A stretch of DNA of 64,000 nucleotides from Bacteroidia bacterium (lineage in GTDB: Bacteria > Bacteroidota > Bacteroidia > UKL13-3): positions 136,558 to 200,557 of the forward strand of contig JBIIBC010000004.1 in the NCBI GenBank assembly GCA_044239605.1, in the 5' to 3' direction. The notes under the pieces were generated by a model that did no database searches, was not told where the DNA came from, and saw only the letters and a list, made by a program, of their open reading frames with translations. Positions 9,909-19,885 of this stretch are shown here, one piece after another. The translations under genes were made by a program, and so were the position numbers. The first letter of the stretch is position 1. Each line of letters opens with the position of its first letter.

Positions 9909-11231
9909 ATGAGTAAACTAATACGCGGATTAAACTTAAGTCAAGCTACATCACTTAATATGATTGATATGGTGGGAATTGGCCCATTTGTAACCATTCC
10001 ATTTATTATTCATACCATGGGCGGTCCACAGTGTATATTGGCATGGCTTTTAGGTGCATTGCTTTCGTTTATGGATGCTTTTGTTTGGTCTGAATTAGGC
10101 GCCAAATGGCCACAAGCAGGCGGCTCGTATGTGTTTTTACAAAAATTATATGGCAAAAAATATGGACGAATGCTTTCGTTTTTATTTGTTTGGCAAACTA
10201 GTATTCAAGCGCCTTTGGTAGTGGCTTCGGGTTCCATAGGTTTTGCTCAATATTTAACTTATTTATTGCCATTAACCGATATTGAACAAAAAATGGTTTC
10301 AGGTTCATTGGTGCTTTTATTGGTATGGATTCTGTACCGAAATATAAAAACATTAGGCAAACTTTCGGTCATTATGTGGGTGGTAGTTGGCTCCACTATT
10401 TTATGGTTAATTGCATCTGCTTTTACCCATTTCGATGCACAAATGGCCTTTAGTTTTCCGGCAGATGCATTCGATTTAAAACCCATGTTTTTTGTGGCTT
10501 TAGGGCAAGCTTCGGTGAAAAGTATTTATTCGTATTTAGGTTATTATAATGTCTGTCATTTAGGTGGAGAAATTATCAATCCTCAAAAAAATATTCCTCG
10601 TAGTATTTTTATTTCCATTGCAGGAATAGCAGTGCTATACATAAGTATGCAAATTGGCATTTTAGGTGTAATTCCTTGGCAAGAAGCTCAAAATTCAACC
10701 TTTATTGTAAGTGCATTCTTTGAAAAATTATATGGACATGCTACTGCACAGTTTGCAACAGGATTGATATTATTTATTGCCATTACTTCATTATTTGCAG
10801 TAATGTTAGGTTATTCAAGAGTACCTTATGCCGCTGCGCGAGATGGTAACTTTTTCAAGGTGTTTGCCAAATTGCATCCTACTAAAAATTTTCCATACAT
10901 ATCGTTATTGGTGCTTGGTGGATTAGCTTTTTGTTTTAGTCTCTTATTTAAATTGAAAGATGTAATTACTGCCATTATTGTAATGCGTATTTTGGTTCAG
11001 TTTATTAGCCAATCTGTTGGTTTAATTGCTTTACATTACCGTTCTAAAAAGTTACGATTGCCTTATAAAATGCCTCTTTTCCCTATTCCAGCCATATTAG
11101 GCATATTGGTTTGGTTATTTGTGTTTTTAAGCAGCGATTGGCAATACATAGTTGGTGCTTTGGGTATTATCGTTTCAGGTTTAATATTGTATTTTATTAA
11201 AGAAAAATTTTCCATAGCCACAAATAATTAA
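9909..11231 (+). CDS. APC-family amino acid permease
   Basis: 440 aa, ~12 predicted TM helices, typical amino-acid-polyamine-organocation transporter layout. Confidence 0.7.
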   Translation: MSKLIRGLNLSQATSLNMIDMVGIGPFVTIPFIIHTMGGPQCILAWLLGALLSFMDAFVWSELGAKWPQAGGSYVFLQKLYGKKYGRMLSFLFVWQTSIQAPLVVASGSIGFAQYLTYLLPLTDIEQKMVSGSLVLLLVWILYRNIKTLGKLSVIMWVVVGSTILWLIASAFTHFDAQMAFSFPADAFDLKPMFFVALGQASVKSIYSYLGYYNVCHLGGEIINPQKNIPRSIFISIAGIAVLYISMQIGILGVIPWQEAQNSTFIVSAFFEKLYGHATAQFATGLILFIAITSLFAVMLGYSRVPYAAARDGNFFKVFAKLHPTKNFPYISLLVLGGLAFCFSLLFKLKDVITAIIVMRILVQFISQSVGLIALHYRSKKLRLPYKMPLFPIPAILGILVWLFVFLSSDWQYIVGALGIIVSGLILYFIKEKFSIATNN

Positions 11232-11234
11232 AAA

Positions 11235-13388
11235 TTATTTCTTTAAGTGTGCCACAGCCATCCTAATTTGGTCAAAAGTAACTTCTGTTGGCAATTCAGC
11301 TTTCAACTCGCCAAATCGTTCTTTTCCATCATCTAGTAGTTTTTTTACCAAAGCAATTGTTTCTTCACTCACAAAATCAAGTGCACTTAACTCACCCAAA
11401 TCAACATAATGAGCTAAATGCCCACCAATTGTAGAAACAGCCATTCCTCTGAATGCTGCAATTTCTTCAATGGTTTTGCCCTCATTATAAAGTTTTAAAG
11501 TTTCTTCCTTCGAATTTACTTTAACTACCTTTTGATTTATGGTTTCGGCAATATCGTTTGGCTTGTTGATTGCCTCAATGCTTATATCGAACGAACCCAA
11601 TGTGGCAGTTTCTATATCATGAATACGTTTCCATGTAAACGATTTTACTTTTTGCAAATTGGTAATGAACTGCTTTGTTTTTTGTTTAGGTTTTAAATTC
11701 GTTTCTATGCTTTGCAAAGGTTTAAAAGCATCATCCAATATTTTTTTAGCAAAATACGTCTTTGCGCTTTTTACCCTTTCGCTTAGCAAATTGGCATCAA
11801 TTGGATTTTGTTTAATAATTTCCTCCACCCTAATTTTGAATTTATCTGCCACAATTCTATGCTCATTTAAATTCCTGATGATGGCATTTAAATGCTGCAA
11901 AGTTTCTTCTTTATCTGGAATTTGTTTGGTGGCAGTAAATGCCTCAAAAAGCGTGTATTCCTGTACCACTTTGCGCAAATCAAAAGTTTTGTAAAGTTGG
12001 CTTAATCCATATTCAAACTTAGCATTATCCAATCCATCCATTAAAGCTTGCTCACTCGATTGTTTTAGCGAAAACTGAACAATTCTATCATCGCTTAAAA
12101 TGCTGTTCTGGTAAATACGGCTTAAAAGAGTCAATCCTTCAAAAGTTCTGCACCTACTTAAAGCCACATAAACTTGCCCTGCTGCAAATGAAGCACCGGC
12201 ATCAATTGCCAATCTATCAAAGGTTAAACCTTGACTTTTGTGAATGGTTATAGCCCAAGCCAATCTAATGGGAAATTGCTTAAAACTGCCAATTTCTTCT
12301 TCTTCTATTTGGTTTTCGTCTCTGTTTAAATTATACCTAATATTTCGCCAAGTTTCGCGCTCAATTTTAAGTTCGGTACCACTTTCAAACTCTACTATTA
12401 TTTCATCTTTAGCAATACTTTTTATTTTAGCTAATTTTCCATTAAAATAGCGTTTCTCAATGTCGTTTTTTATAAACATAATTTGAGCGCCTTCTTTTAG
12501 CTCTAAAGCTTTTTCGGCTGGTAAAGATTTTTCGTTAAAATCACCATTTATTTCACCTTCAAATACAATTGATTCGGCTTCAATTTCGGCCAACTTTTGT
12601 TGGTTAATATTATCTGCTGTTCTGTTATGTGTGGTTAAAGTAATTAAACCATCCACATACCTAGCAGATTCTGGATCATAACGTTCTTGAAGTAATTCAA
12701 AATCGTAATCATCCATATTATTATGCCTAATATTGTTAAGTAAATTAATAAAGTGTTCTTCCTTTTGGCGGTATATTTTATTTAATTCTAAATGTGCAGG
12801 ATTCAGTTGTTGGTATACTTCAGAGCTAAAAAAGAAAGGACTTTTATAATATTGACTTAAAAGCGCCCATTCATTATCGTTGGTAACAGGTGGAAGCTGA
12901 AACATATCTCCAATAAATAATACTTGAACTCCACCAAAAGGCAATTGATTTCTGCGGTAATATTTTAGCGTTTCGTCAATGCAATCAACCATATCAACAC
13001 GTAACATACTTACCTCGTCAATAATTAAAAGATCGAGTTCGTTTAGTAAATCAATTTTTTCGCGGTTAAATTTTACATTTTTAAAATGAGTATATCTGTT
13101 TACGCATTCTACTTGTCCAAAACCATGGTTGGCTTCCTTAATAAAAGGTAAAAATGGTAATTGAAAAAACGAATGCATGGTAACACCACCGGCATTAATG
13201 GCAGCTACTCCTGTAGGGGCAACTACTACCATTCGTTTATTGCATGTATTTTGAATATGCTTTAAAAAAGTAGTCTTACCAGTACCAGCCTTACCAGTTA
13301 AAAACAAGCTAATATTAGTATTTTTTACTAAATCACTGGCAAGGTTAAAGGTAATATTATCGTTATCTGTGGTTTCTACTGCGCTCAT
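11235..13388 (-). CDS. PIF1/RecD-like superfamily-I DNA helicase with a C-terminal HTH-like domain
   Basis: 717 aa. Walker A TGKAGTGKTT, a PIF1-like segment VVVAPTGVAAINAGGVTMHSFF, Walker B LLIIDEVSM, and a helicase C-terminal core. Confidence 0.65.
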   Translation of the reverse strand: MSAVETTDNDNITFNLASDLVKNTNISLFLTGKAGTGKTTFLKHIQNTCNKRMVVVAPTGVAAINAGGVTMHSFFQLPFLPFIKEANHGFGQVECVNRYTHFKNVKFNREKIDLLNELDLLIIDEVSMLRVDMVDCIDETLKYYRRNQLPFGGVQVLFIGDMFQLPPVTNDNEWALLSQYYKSPFFFSSEVYQQLNPAHLELNKIYRQKEEHFINLLNNIRHNNMDDYDFELLQERYDPESARYVDGLITLTTHNRTADNINQQKLAEIEAESIVFEGEINGDFNEKSLPAEKALELKEGAQIMFIKNDIEKRYFNGKLAKIKSIAKDEIIVEFESGTELKIERETWRNIRYNLNRDENQIEEEEIGSFKQFPIRLAWAITIHKSQGLTFDRLAIDAGASFAAGQVYVALSRCRTFEGLTLLSRIYQNSILSDDRIVQFSLKQSSEQALMDGLDNAKFEYGLSQLYKTFDLRKVVQEYTLFEAFTATKQIPDKEETLQHLNAIIRNLNEHRIVADKFKIRVEEIIKQNPIDANLLSERVKSAKTYFAKKILDDAFKPLQSIETNLKPKQKTKQFITNLQKVKSFTWKRIHDIETATLGSFDISIEAINKPNDIAETINQKVVKVNSKEETLKLYNEGKTIEEIAAFRGMAVSTIGGHLAHYVDLGELSALDFVSEETIALVKKLLDDGKERFGELKAELPTEVTFDQIRMAVAHLKK

Positions 13389-13439
13389 TTATGGCAATAA
13401 TAACGAAAAGAAAAAGAAGAAAATAAAGATTTTATTAAA

Positions 13440-14543
13440 TTATTTAGCTTCAAAAATCCACGCATCAGGATTTTCAGATTCATTAATTTTACTCAACTCT
13501 AAATTAGTTTCATTAAGATTAGAAAATTTATTGTAGGTAACATAAAATTTTATCTTTTTAGCAGAAGCCTTTGGTTTTTCAATTATTTCAGCATTTGTAA
13601 AACCTTCATTATTTAATGCTTTGAGCAGTTTATTGGCCTTTCTCATGCTTTTAAAAGCACCAGCAACTATATAGTAATTGCCGGAGATGTTGGTTTCTAA
13701 ATTAGAAGTTGAAATTATTTCTGTTTTAGGAATATTAGTTAAACTGTCATTGTTTAACTTAATCGTATCTGAATTTAGCTCAATTTTTTTAGTGATTACA
13801 GGAATAACTTCAACTAAAGCTTGGCTTGTTGTATTGGTTGTAGAATTACTAAACTGATTTATTACTGATTTTATTTTAACTCCTAAGTTTAACTCGTCAA
13901 ACTTATTTCTAATTGGTGTTAAATTACCTTCTTGTAAGAAAATGTAGGCATTTAATGCTAAAACCATAATCAAAATAGAACCTATGGCTGTAAACATTAA
14001 ACCATTTCCTTTACGTTTACGTGGTTTATTAACAATTCCTTTTTCTTCAATTGAATTTGAATCAATTGAAATTAATGGTTCAACTTGATGAATAATTCTG
14101 GTAGACTTAGTTTCACCAATTGATTTTAATCTGATTGCTTCTAATCCAAAAGAATTGATAAGGAAATTAGCTTTTTTGTCTGGGGTGAATATTAAATTAT
14201 TACTTAAATTAAGTTCAAAACTACCTAATCCTACAATTGTAAACTGTTTGTTATTCCTTAATGTTACATGGAAATTACTAACTTCTTCATCAATAATTTT
14301 TATGGCATCGCTATAATTGATGTTTAAATAATCGGCAATCTTGGTTGCTAGTAAACCATCGTTTAATGTAAGTTGTGCATTAAAAGTTACATGTTTGTAT
14401 GGAGGGTTTATCAACATCGAAACAGGGTCAATAGTTGCACTTTGTTGGTGCGCTAAAAATCCACCCAAGTTGGGAATGATTACACAGTTATGTCTGTATA
14501 ATAAACTTTTAACTAATGACCATATATTAACTTCTGAATGCAT
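13440..14543 (-). CDS. HU-like DNA-binding domain plus SPOR (peptidoglycan-binding) domain protein
   Basis: N-terminus (IWSLVKSLLYRHNCVIIPNLGGFLAHQQ) resembles the HU-like domain of Bacteroidota SPOR proteins. One TM segment follows. C-terminus (NYYIVAGAFKSMRKANKLLKALNNEGF...) resembles a SPOR domain. Confidence 0.55.
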   Translation of the reverse strand: MHSEVNIWSLVKSLLYRHNCVIIPNLGGFLAHQQSATIDPVSMLINPPYKHVTFNAQLTLNDGLLATKIADYLNINYSDAIKIIDEEVSNFHVTLRNNKQFTIVGLGSFELNLSNNLIFTPDKKANFLINSFGLEAIRLKSIGETKSTRIIHQVEPLISIDSNSIEEKGIVNKPRKRKGNGLMFTAIGSILIMVLALNAYIFLQEGNLTPIRNKFDELNLGVKIKSVINQFSNSTTNTTSQALVEVIPVITKKIELNSDTIKLNNDSLTNIPKTEIISTSNLETNISGNYYIVAGAFKSMRKANKLLKALNNEGFTNAEIIEKPKASAKKIKFYVTYNKFSNLNETNLELSKINESENPDAWIFEAK

Positions 14544-14687
14544 TTATTACTTTTTGTTATTCAAATATAATGTCGCAATCTAAATAAACCATTGTTAGCT
14601 ATCAACATTATTTTTCAAAAAGTGGATAGCATTTCAATAAACTATGATTAACAGCCCATAAAGTGGTGGAAAACTTATTTTAAAGGT

Positions 14688-16988
14688 TTAAAGTAATTTT
14701 AGTTTAGCAAATTTTAAAACAATCATTTTTTTGCCAAATTGTTCAAATTCAATTTCAGCTTTTCTATTGTCTCCAATTCCATCCAAACTTACCACCGATC
14801 CAAATCCAAATCTTTGATGTTCAACACGCTGTTGAACTTGAATATTTTTGGTGTCATCACCTACAAAATTTGGGTCCACCGCTGGTGGAGGTGCTGCTGC
14901 GGGTTTGGTTGGTGTATTAAACCTTTGACCCACAGTGCTTGGAGGCGTTTTGGCTGTTGGCGAAAGTGGTTTACCAAACCTAGAAGTTTGTACGGTAGGT
15001 TTGCTTTGCACATTGCTGTTGCCTTTACTAAACAATGCATCAAACTGTAAAAACTTAGGGTCTAATTCACTTAAAAAACGACTAGGTTCTGCATTTGTAA
15101 TATTGCCAAACTTAAACCTACTGGTAGCAAACGAAAGTGTCAATTTATTCATGGCACGTGTTATTGCCACATAAAATAGTCTTCTTTCTTCTTCTAACTC
15201 TTGACGGCTATTGAGCGATAACTGAGATGGAAAAAGATTTTCTTCTAAACCTACTATATATACATTTTTAAATTCCAAACCTTTTGAGGCATGAATGGTC
15301 ATCATGGTAACTTTATCGTTATCGTTTGGATCTTCATTATCCGAATCAGTCAATAGCGCTATATCGGCCATGTATTCCTCTAAAATACCATATTTTTGAA
15401 CCCCATCTTCATCTACGCTATCATCCACACTGAACTCTTTCAAACCGTTCAATAACTCTTCAATATTTTCATATCGAGCAATTCCCTCAACCGTTTTATC
15501 TTCATAAAGCGATTTTAATAAACCAGTTTGCTTTGCCACATGCATGGCTACATCATAAGCAGGTTTCTTTAGCATGGTTTGAAAACTGCGAATCATTAAC
15601 ACAAAATCGCCCAATACATCGTAGCCTTTTATTTGAAACTCTCGCGCTCGCTCCAAAGTTTCAAACAAACTGATATTATTTTCCGAAGCAACTATCATTA
15701 CTTTATCCATGGTGGTTTTACCAATTCCTCGAGTAGGATAGTTGATTACGCGTTTCAATGCCTCTTCATCGTTGGTATTTAACACCAAACGCAAATAAGC
15801 CAAAATATCTTTTATTTCTTTTCTATGGTAAAAACTCAGACCGCCATAAATGCGATATGGAATATTCATTTTACGCAAAGCTTCCTCTAGCGATCGACTT
15901 TGTGCATTGGTTCGGTATAAAATAGCAAAATCTTTATTAGCCACATGAGAGTTCATTTTTTCTTGAAAAATAGAACTTGCCACCATTCGGCCTTCTTCAT
16001 TATCGGTTAAAGCGCGTAAAACTTTAATTTTTTCGCCAACATCGTTGGTAGTAAATACCTTTTTAGGAATTTGGTCTTTGTTTAATTTAATCAATCCTCC
16101 TGCTGCCTCTACAATGGTTTGAGAACTGCGGTAATTTTGCTCTAATTTAAAAACTTGGGTATCGCTAAAATCGCGCTGAAAGCCCAATATATTGGCAATT
16201 GTTGCACCCCTAAAAGCATAAATACTTTGCGCATCATCGCCTACCACAGCAATGTTTTGATGAACTGCTGCCAGTTTTTTTATAATGGCATATTGCGCTT
16301 GGTTGGTATCTTGAAACTCATCCACCATGATGTATTTAAACTGGTGTTGGTATTTATGCAATACATCAGGATGGTTTTTAAATAATTCGAAAGTTTTAAG
16401 TAATAAATCATCAAAATCCATGGCACTGGCTTTGAAACAACGGTCTTGATACATTTGGAAAATTTTACCAAACATGGGTCTTCCGCTGCTTTCATCAAAC
16501 GAAGTATTTTCATCGTTAGCCATGTATTCTCTAGCATTTACTAGAGCATTTTTTGCAGCTGAAATTCGTCCTAAAACTCCAGCAGGTTTGTATAATTTAT
16601 CATCTTGACCTAATTCTTTAATAATGGTTTTAAGTAAACTTTTGGCATCATCGGTATCGTAAATTGTAAAATTACGAGGATAACCTATTCGCTCACTTTC
16701 TACACGTAAAATGCGTGCAAAAATACTATGAAATGTACCCATCCAAAGGTTACGGGCTTCGCTACCTACTACCGAATGAATACGTTCGCGCATTTCTTTA
16801 CTGGCTTTATTGGTAAAGGTGAGCGATAAAATATTAAAGGCATCTACACCTTCTTTTAAAATATGAGCTACACGATAAGTAAGCACACGCGTTTTTCCAG
16901 AACCAGCACCTGCCACAATCATAACAGGGCCTTTGGTATTTTCAACAGCTGCGCGCTGACTTGGGTTTAACAAACTTAAATAATCCAC
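14688..16988 (-). CDS. ATP-dependent DNA helicase, UvrD/PcrA/Rep family
   Basis: 766 aa. N-terminal LNPSQRAAVE...GPVMIVAGAGSGKTRVLTYRVAHIL matches the UvrD-family consensus. Further motifs: DEFQDTN, IYAFRGA, TIHASKGLEF. Confidence 0.85.
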   Translation of the reverse strand: MDYLSLLNPSQRAAVENTKGPVMIVAGAGSGKTRVLTYRVAHILKEGVDAFNILSLTFTNKASKEMRERIHSVVGSEARNLWMGTFHSIFARILRVESERIGYPRNFTIYDTDDAKSLLKTIIKELGQDDKLYKPAGVLGRISAAKNALVNAREYMANDENTSFDESSGRPMFGKIFQMYQDRCFKASAMDFDDLLLKTFELFKNHPDVLHKYQHQFKYIMVDEFQDTNQAQYAIIKKLAAVHQNIAVVGDDAQSIYAFRGATIANILGFQRDFSDTQVFKLEQNYRSSQTIVEAAGGLIKLNKDQIPKKVFTTNDVGEKIKVLRALTDNEEGRMVASSIFQEKMNSHVANKDFAILYRTNAQSRSLEEALRKMNIPYRIYGGLSFYHRKEIKDILAYLRLVLNTNDEEALKRVINYPTRGIGKTTMDKVMIVASENNISLFETLERAREFQIKGYDVLGDFVLMIRSFQTMLKKPAYDVAMHVAKQTGLLKSLYEDKTVEGIARYENIEELLNGLKEFSVDDSVDEDGVQKYGILEEYMADIALLTDSDNEDPNDNDKVTMMTIHASKGLEFKNVYIVGLEENLFPSQLSLNSRQELEEERRLFYVAITRAMNKLTLSFATSRFKFGNITNAEPSRFLSELDPKFLQFDALFSKGNSNVQSKPTVQTSRFGKPLSPTAKTPPSTVGQRFNTPTKPAAAPPPAVDPNFVGDDTKNIQVQQRVEHQRFGFGSVVSLDGIGDNRKAEIEFEQFGKKMIVLKFAKLKLL

Positions 16989-17120
16989 GGCTGCAAATTA
17001 CTGCTTTAAACAAGGCTGTTTTCAACATGTTATTAGCTTTTTATTTTATTTAGTGATTTGTTGATTTAGCTATTTGGAGATCGGATAAATTGTTGATTCT
17101 AATTTTTTTTTATTGCTAAT

Positions 17121-17310
17121 TTTGGCTAAAGCCAATTTGATTTTATTTCCTTTAATTACCTTTGGCTAAAGCCAACGGCAATTGATTTATTGGCATTTTG
17201 TTTTTTAATTAGCTAAAGCCAATGGAGTTTTTTTTGTTTTATCTTTGGCTAAAGCCAACGGCAATTGATTTATTGGCATTTTGTTTTTTAATTAGCTAAA
17301 GCCAATTTTA
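17121..17310. repeat. Intergenic cluster of 5 near-palindromic TTGGCT-AA-AGCCAA hairpin motifs, including a ~64-bp direct duplication
   Basis: The motif tttggctaaagccaa or its ttagctaaagccaa variant occurs five times in 190 bp. The segment ctttggctaaagccaacggcaattgatttattggcattttgttttttaattagctaaagccaat occurs twice (about 17160-17223 and 17243-17306). Confidence 0.75.
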
Positions 17311-17379
17311 TTACAATTGAATGTAACATATTATTTTAAGTTAAAATTTATATTATTGCTTTTATAAAAATCCCATTAA

Positions 17380-18105
17380 ATGTTAGCCAATTTACCCTAT
17401 TATATTTCAATAGTTTTTGCACTAACCACTTTTGCTACTTTGCTTTTGTTTGTTAATGCCATTAAAAATGCAAGCCAAAAAGAAACCAGAGAAAAAGCCA
17501 ATGTTATAGCTTTAGGTTTAATTGGTTGGTTAATTATTCAAGCCATTTTTAGCTTACAAAATGTGTACAATACCAATACTTATTCATTTCCACCTAAAGT
17601 AATATTATTGGGAATATTACCTACTTTTTTAGCCATATTACTCTTGTTTATTACTACAAAAGGCAAGCAGTTTATAGTTAGTTTACCTATAAAAAACCTA
17701 ACGTATTTAAATACAGTAAGAGTGCCTGTTGAAGTGGTTTTGTTTTGGTTGTTTATTAATAAAACCATTCCAGAATTAATGACTTTTGAAGGCAGAAATT
17801 TTGATATACTAGCAGGTATAACAGCCCCCATCATAGCCTATTTAGGATTTAGAAAAACAAGCGTAAACCGACCATTGCTGTTAATATGGAATTTTGTTTG
17901 CCTTGGGCTTTTAATCAATATTGTGTTAAACGCTTTATTTGCTGCACCAACTCCTGTTCAAAAATTTGCTTTTGACCAACCTAATATAGCCATTTTATAT
18001 TTTCCATTCAGTTGGTTGCCTACCTTTATAGTACCCATTGTGCTATTGGGGCACTTAATTTCTATCAAACAATTATTGAACCTAAAACAACAAAATAATA
18101 TATGA
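17380..18105 (+). CDS. Hypothetical polytopic membrane protein
   Basis: 241 aa with ~6 hydrophobic segments. An ATGA overlap couples it to the downstream ORF. Confidence 0.5.
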   Translation: MLANLPYYISIVFALTTFATLLLFVNAIKNASQKETREKANVIALGLIGWLIIQAIFSLQNVYNTNTYSFPPKVILLGILPTFLAILLLFITTKGKQFIVSLPIKNLTYLNTVRVPVEVVLFWLFINKTIPELMTFEGRNFDILAGITAPIIAYLGFRKTSVNRPLLLIWNFVCLGLLINIVLNALFAAPTPVQKFAFDQPNIAILYFPFSWLPTFIVPIVLLGHLISIKQLLNLKQQNNI

Positions 18106-18557
18106 AAGCCACCGGTAAAACTGTAGACGAAATTTTGATTAGTTTACCTGAAGATAGGGCAGAACCTTTTAATAAACTACACGATGTAATTGTAAATAAT
18201 TTACCAAAAGGATTTGAAGCAGGCATTAGTTATGGTGGATTAGGTTACATTATTCCTCATTCTATTTATCCAGCGGGTTATCATTGTAAACCCATTGAAC
18301 CGCTTCCTTTTGCGGGATTAGCTTCTCAAAAAAACTCCATTAATTTTTACCACATGGGTATATATAGTAAACCCGAATTATACAATTGGTTTGTGGCCGA
18401 ATTCCCAAAACATACCAAGCAAAAACTAGATATGGGTAAAAGTTGTATCCGATTTAAAAAGATGGACGATATACCTTATGAATTAATTGGAGAACTGATG
18501 ACTAAAATGAGCATGGAAGAGTGGATAAGCATTTATGAAAATAATTTAAAGAAATAA
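18102..18557 (+). CDS. DUF1801 (YdhG-like) domain protein
   Basis: 151 aa. The sequence pattern (…LPEDR..PF..L…GISYGGLGYII…INFYHMGIY…) resembles the YdhG/DUF1801 family. Confidence 0.5.
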   Translation: MKATGKTVDEILISLPEDRAEPFNKLHDVIVNNLPKGFEAGISYGGLGYIIPHSIYPAGYHCKPIEPLPFAGLASQKNSINFYHMGIYSKPELYNWFVAEFPKHTKQKLDMGKSCIRFKKMDDIPYELIGELMTKMSMEEWISIYENNLKK

Positions 18558-18589
18558 ATTGTTTAATGCATACACCTAATATTACCAAG

Positions 18590-18630
18590 CATTAGAAGTG
18601 ACAGGTTTTAAAAGCCTATCACGTTTTTTT
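18590..18630 (+). terminator. Imperfect palindromic terminator-like element, first member of a 2-copy family
   Basis: cattagaagtgacaggttttaaaagcctatcacg followed by a 7-T run. It is ~85% identical to the perfect palindrome at 22035-22075. Confidence 0.45.
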
Positions 18631-18640
18631 AATATACTCC

Positions 18641-18885
18641 CAAATTGTTAGCTTACACTAACTGATTTTTCACTTTTCACCAAATTGCTAGTTTACACTG
18701 ACCGATTTTTCCACTTTTTCCTAAATTGTTAGCTTACACAGACCATTTTTTCCACTTTCCCCCAAATTGCTACCTTACACTAACCATTTTTTCACTTTTT
18801 TGCAAATTGTTAGCATACACTGACTGTTTTTTTCACTTTTTCCCAAATTGTTAGCTTACACTAACCATTTTTTTTACTTTTTGTA
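18641..18885. repeat. Tandem direct repeat array, 6 degenerate units of ~41 bp
   Basis: Unit consensus CAAATTGTTAGCTTACACTAACNGATTTTTTCACTTTTTNC, each with an internal inverted repeat GTTAG...CTAAC. There are no unique spacers, so it is not a CRISPR array. Confidence 0.8.
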
Positions 18886-19285
18886 CTTGCTATTGCTATG
18901 CTAGCCATAAATAAAGATAGGTTAAATAAAAATCTAAATACCCAAATAATATTTAGCCATACTTATAGAACATTAAACTTGCTTTAATAAGCATAATTAA
19001 TATATTTGTTTTATATGAAAGCTACAACTAAATGCCTTAATAGACCAATATAACCAATTACTAGCAGGCCGAAAAACAAGCACCGAAACAGTTAAGTCTG
19101 AGGAAAAGAAATAATAATTTAAAAAAATAATTGCTGTTGGTAATGCTTTGCTAAATACCAACAGCAATAAAAAAATAAAATTTATTTAAATGCGAGAAAC
19201 GCAAAAAGTGCAAGTTTTAAACTTTAGAATATTTGAATTACAATTAATGCTAAGAAAATCAAAACAAAACTAAAAATAAAGTAAA

Positions 19286-19822
19286 ATGCTGGAAATAATT
19301 CTCTTCTTTTTAATTACTTCGCTAATTGGACTTCCTTTTTATTGGCTTTACAAAATAATTTTTAAAAAAAATAAAATCACATTAGACGAAAATCAAAAAA
19401 ATGCCGAAAGTATTACTGGTTCTGAAATTTCGGATTTGATTGTTCAACGGCAATATCTTTTTATGGAAGATTATGAAATGTGGCAAAGTCTTTCTGATTC
19501 TGAAAAAAAAGACCGTTTAAAAGATATTCAAGTAATATTCGATTATGGAAAAAATCAAATAACAAGGGCAATGATTGAAAAAGGATTTCAACCTGGCTCA
19601 AAAATTATTGACATTAAATATTTTACAGGATTAAGTCAATTTGGAACTACTATTTCATCATTTCTAATACAACACGAAGACGGTGGCGAAATTAGAGAAC
19701 TTACAATAAATATTGACATGGATAAAATGAAATTTATACCAATAAAAAATCATTTTTATAGTAATGGTAAAGAGAAATATTGGTATCTAAAAGATAAGAA
19801 TAAAGAATTAATGAAAATGTAG
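19286..19822 (+). CDS. Hypothetical membrane-anchored protein
   Basis: 178 aa with one N-terminal TM helix (IILFFLITSLIGLPFYWLY). It lies immediately upstream of the Shedu-like gene remnant. Confidence 0.45.
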   Translation: MLEIILFFLITSLIGLPFYWLYKIIFKKNKITLDENQKNAESITGSEISDLIVQRQYLFMEDYEMWQSLSDSEKKDRLKDIQVIFDYGKNQITRAMIEKGFQPGSKIIDIKYFTGLSQFGTTISSFLIQHEDGGEIRELTINIDMDKMKFIPIKNHFYSNGKEKYWYLKDKNKELMKM

Positions 19823-19885
19823 GCACTAATAGCAACAAATTACAACTGTGAAAAAATTAATAAAAGGCTGTAAAACGAAAAGAAA

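Noticed and set aside
10259-10486. Minus-strand 75-aa ORF inside the permease gene
   Set aside because: It is antisense to a well-supported transporter CDS and therefore spurious.
14739-15174. Small ORFs overlapping the 3' end of the UvrD-family helicase gene
   Set aside because: They sit in alternate frames or antisense inside a strongly supported helicase CDS. Their Cys/Trp/Arg-rich composition reflects the Gly/Pro-rich helicase C-terminus read out of frame.
18641-18885. Possible CRISPR array
   Set aside because: All about 41-bp units are variants of one sequence with no interspersed unique spacers, and no cas genes are nearby. It is a tandem direct repeat, not a CRISPR.
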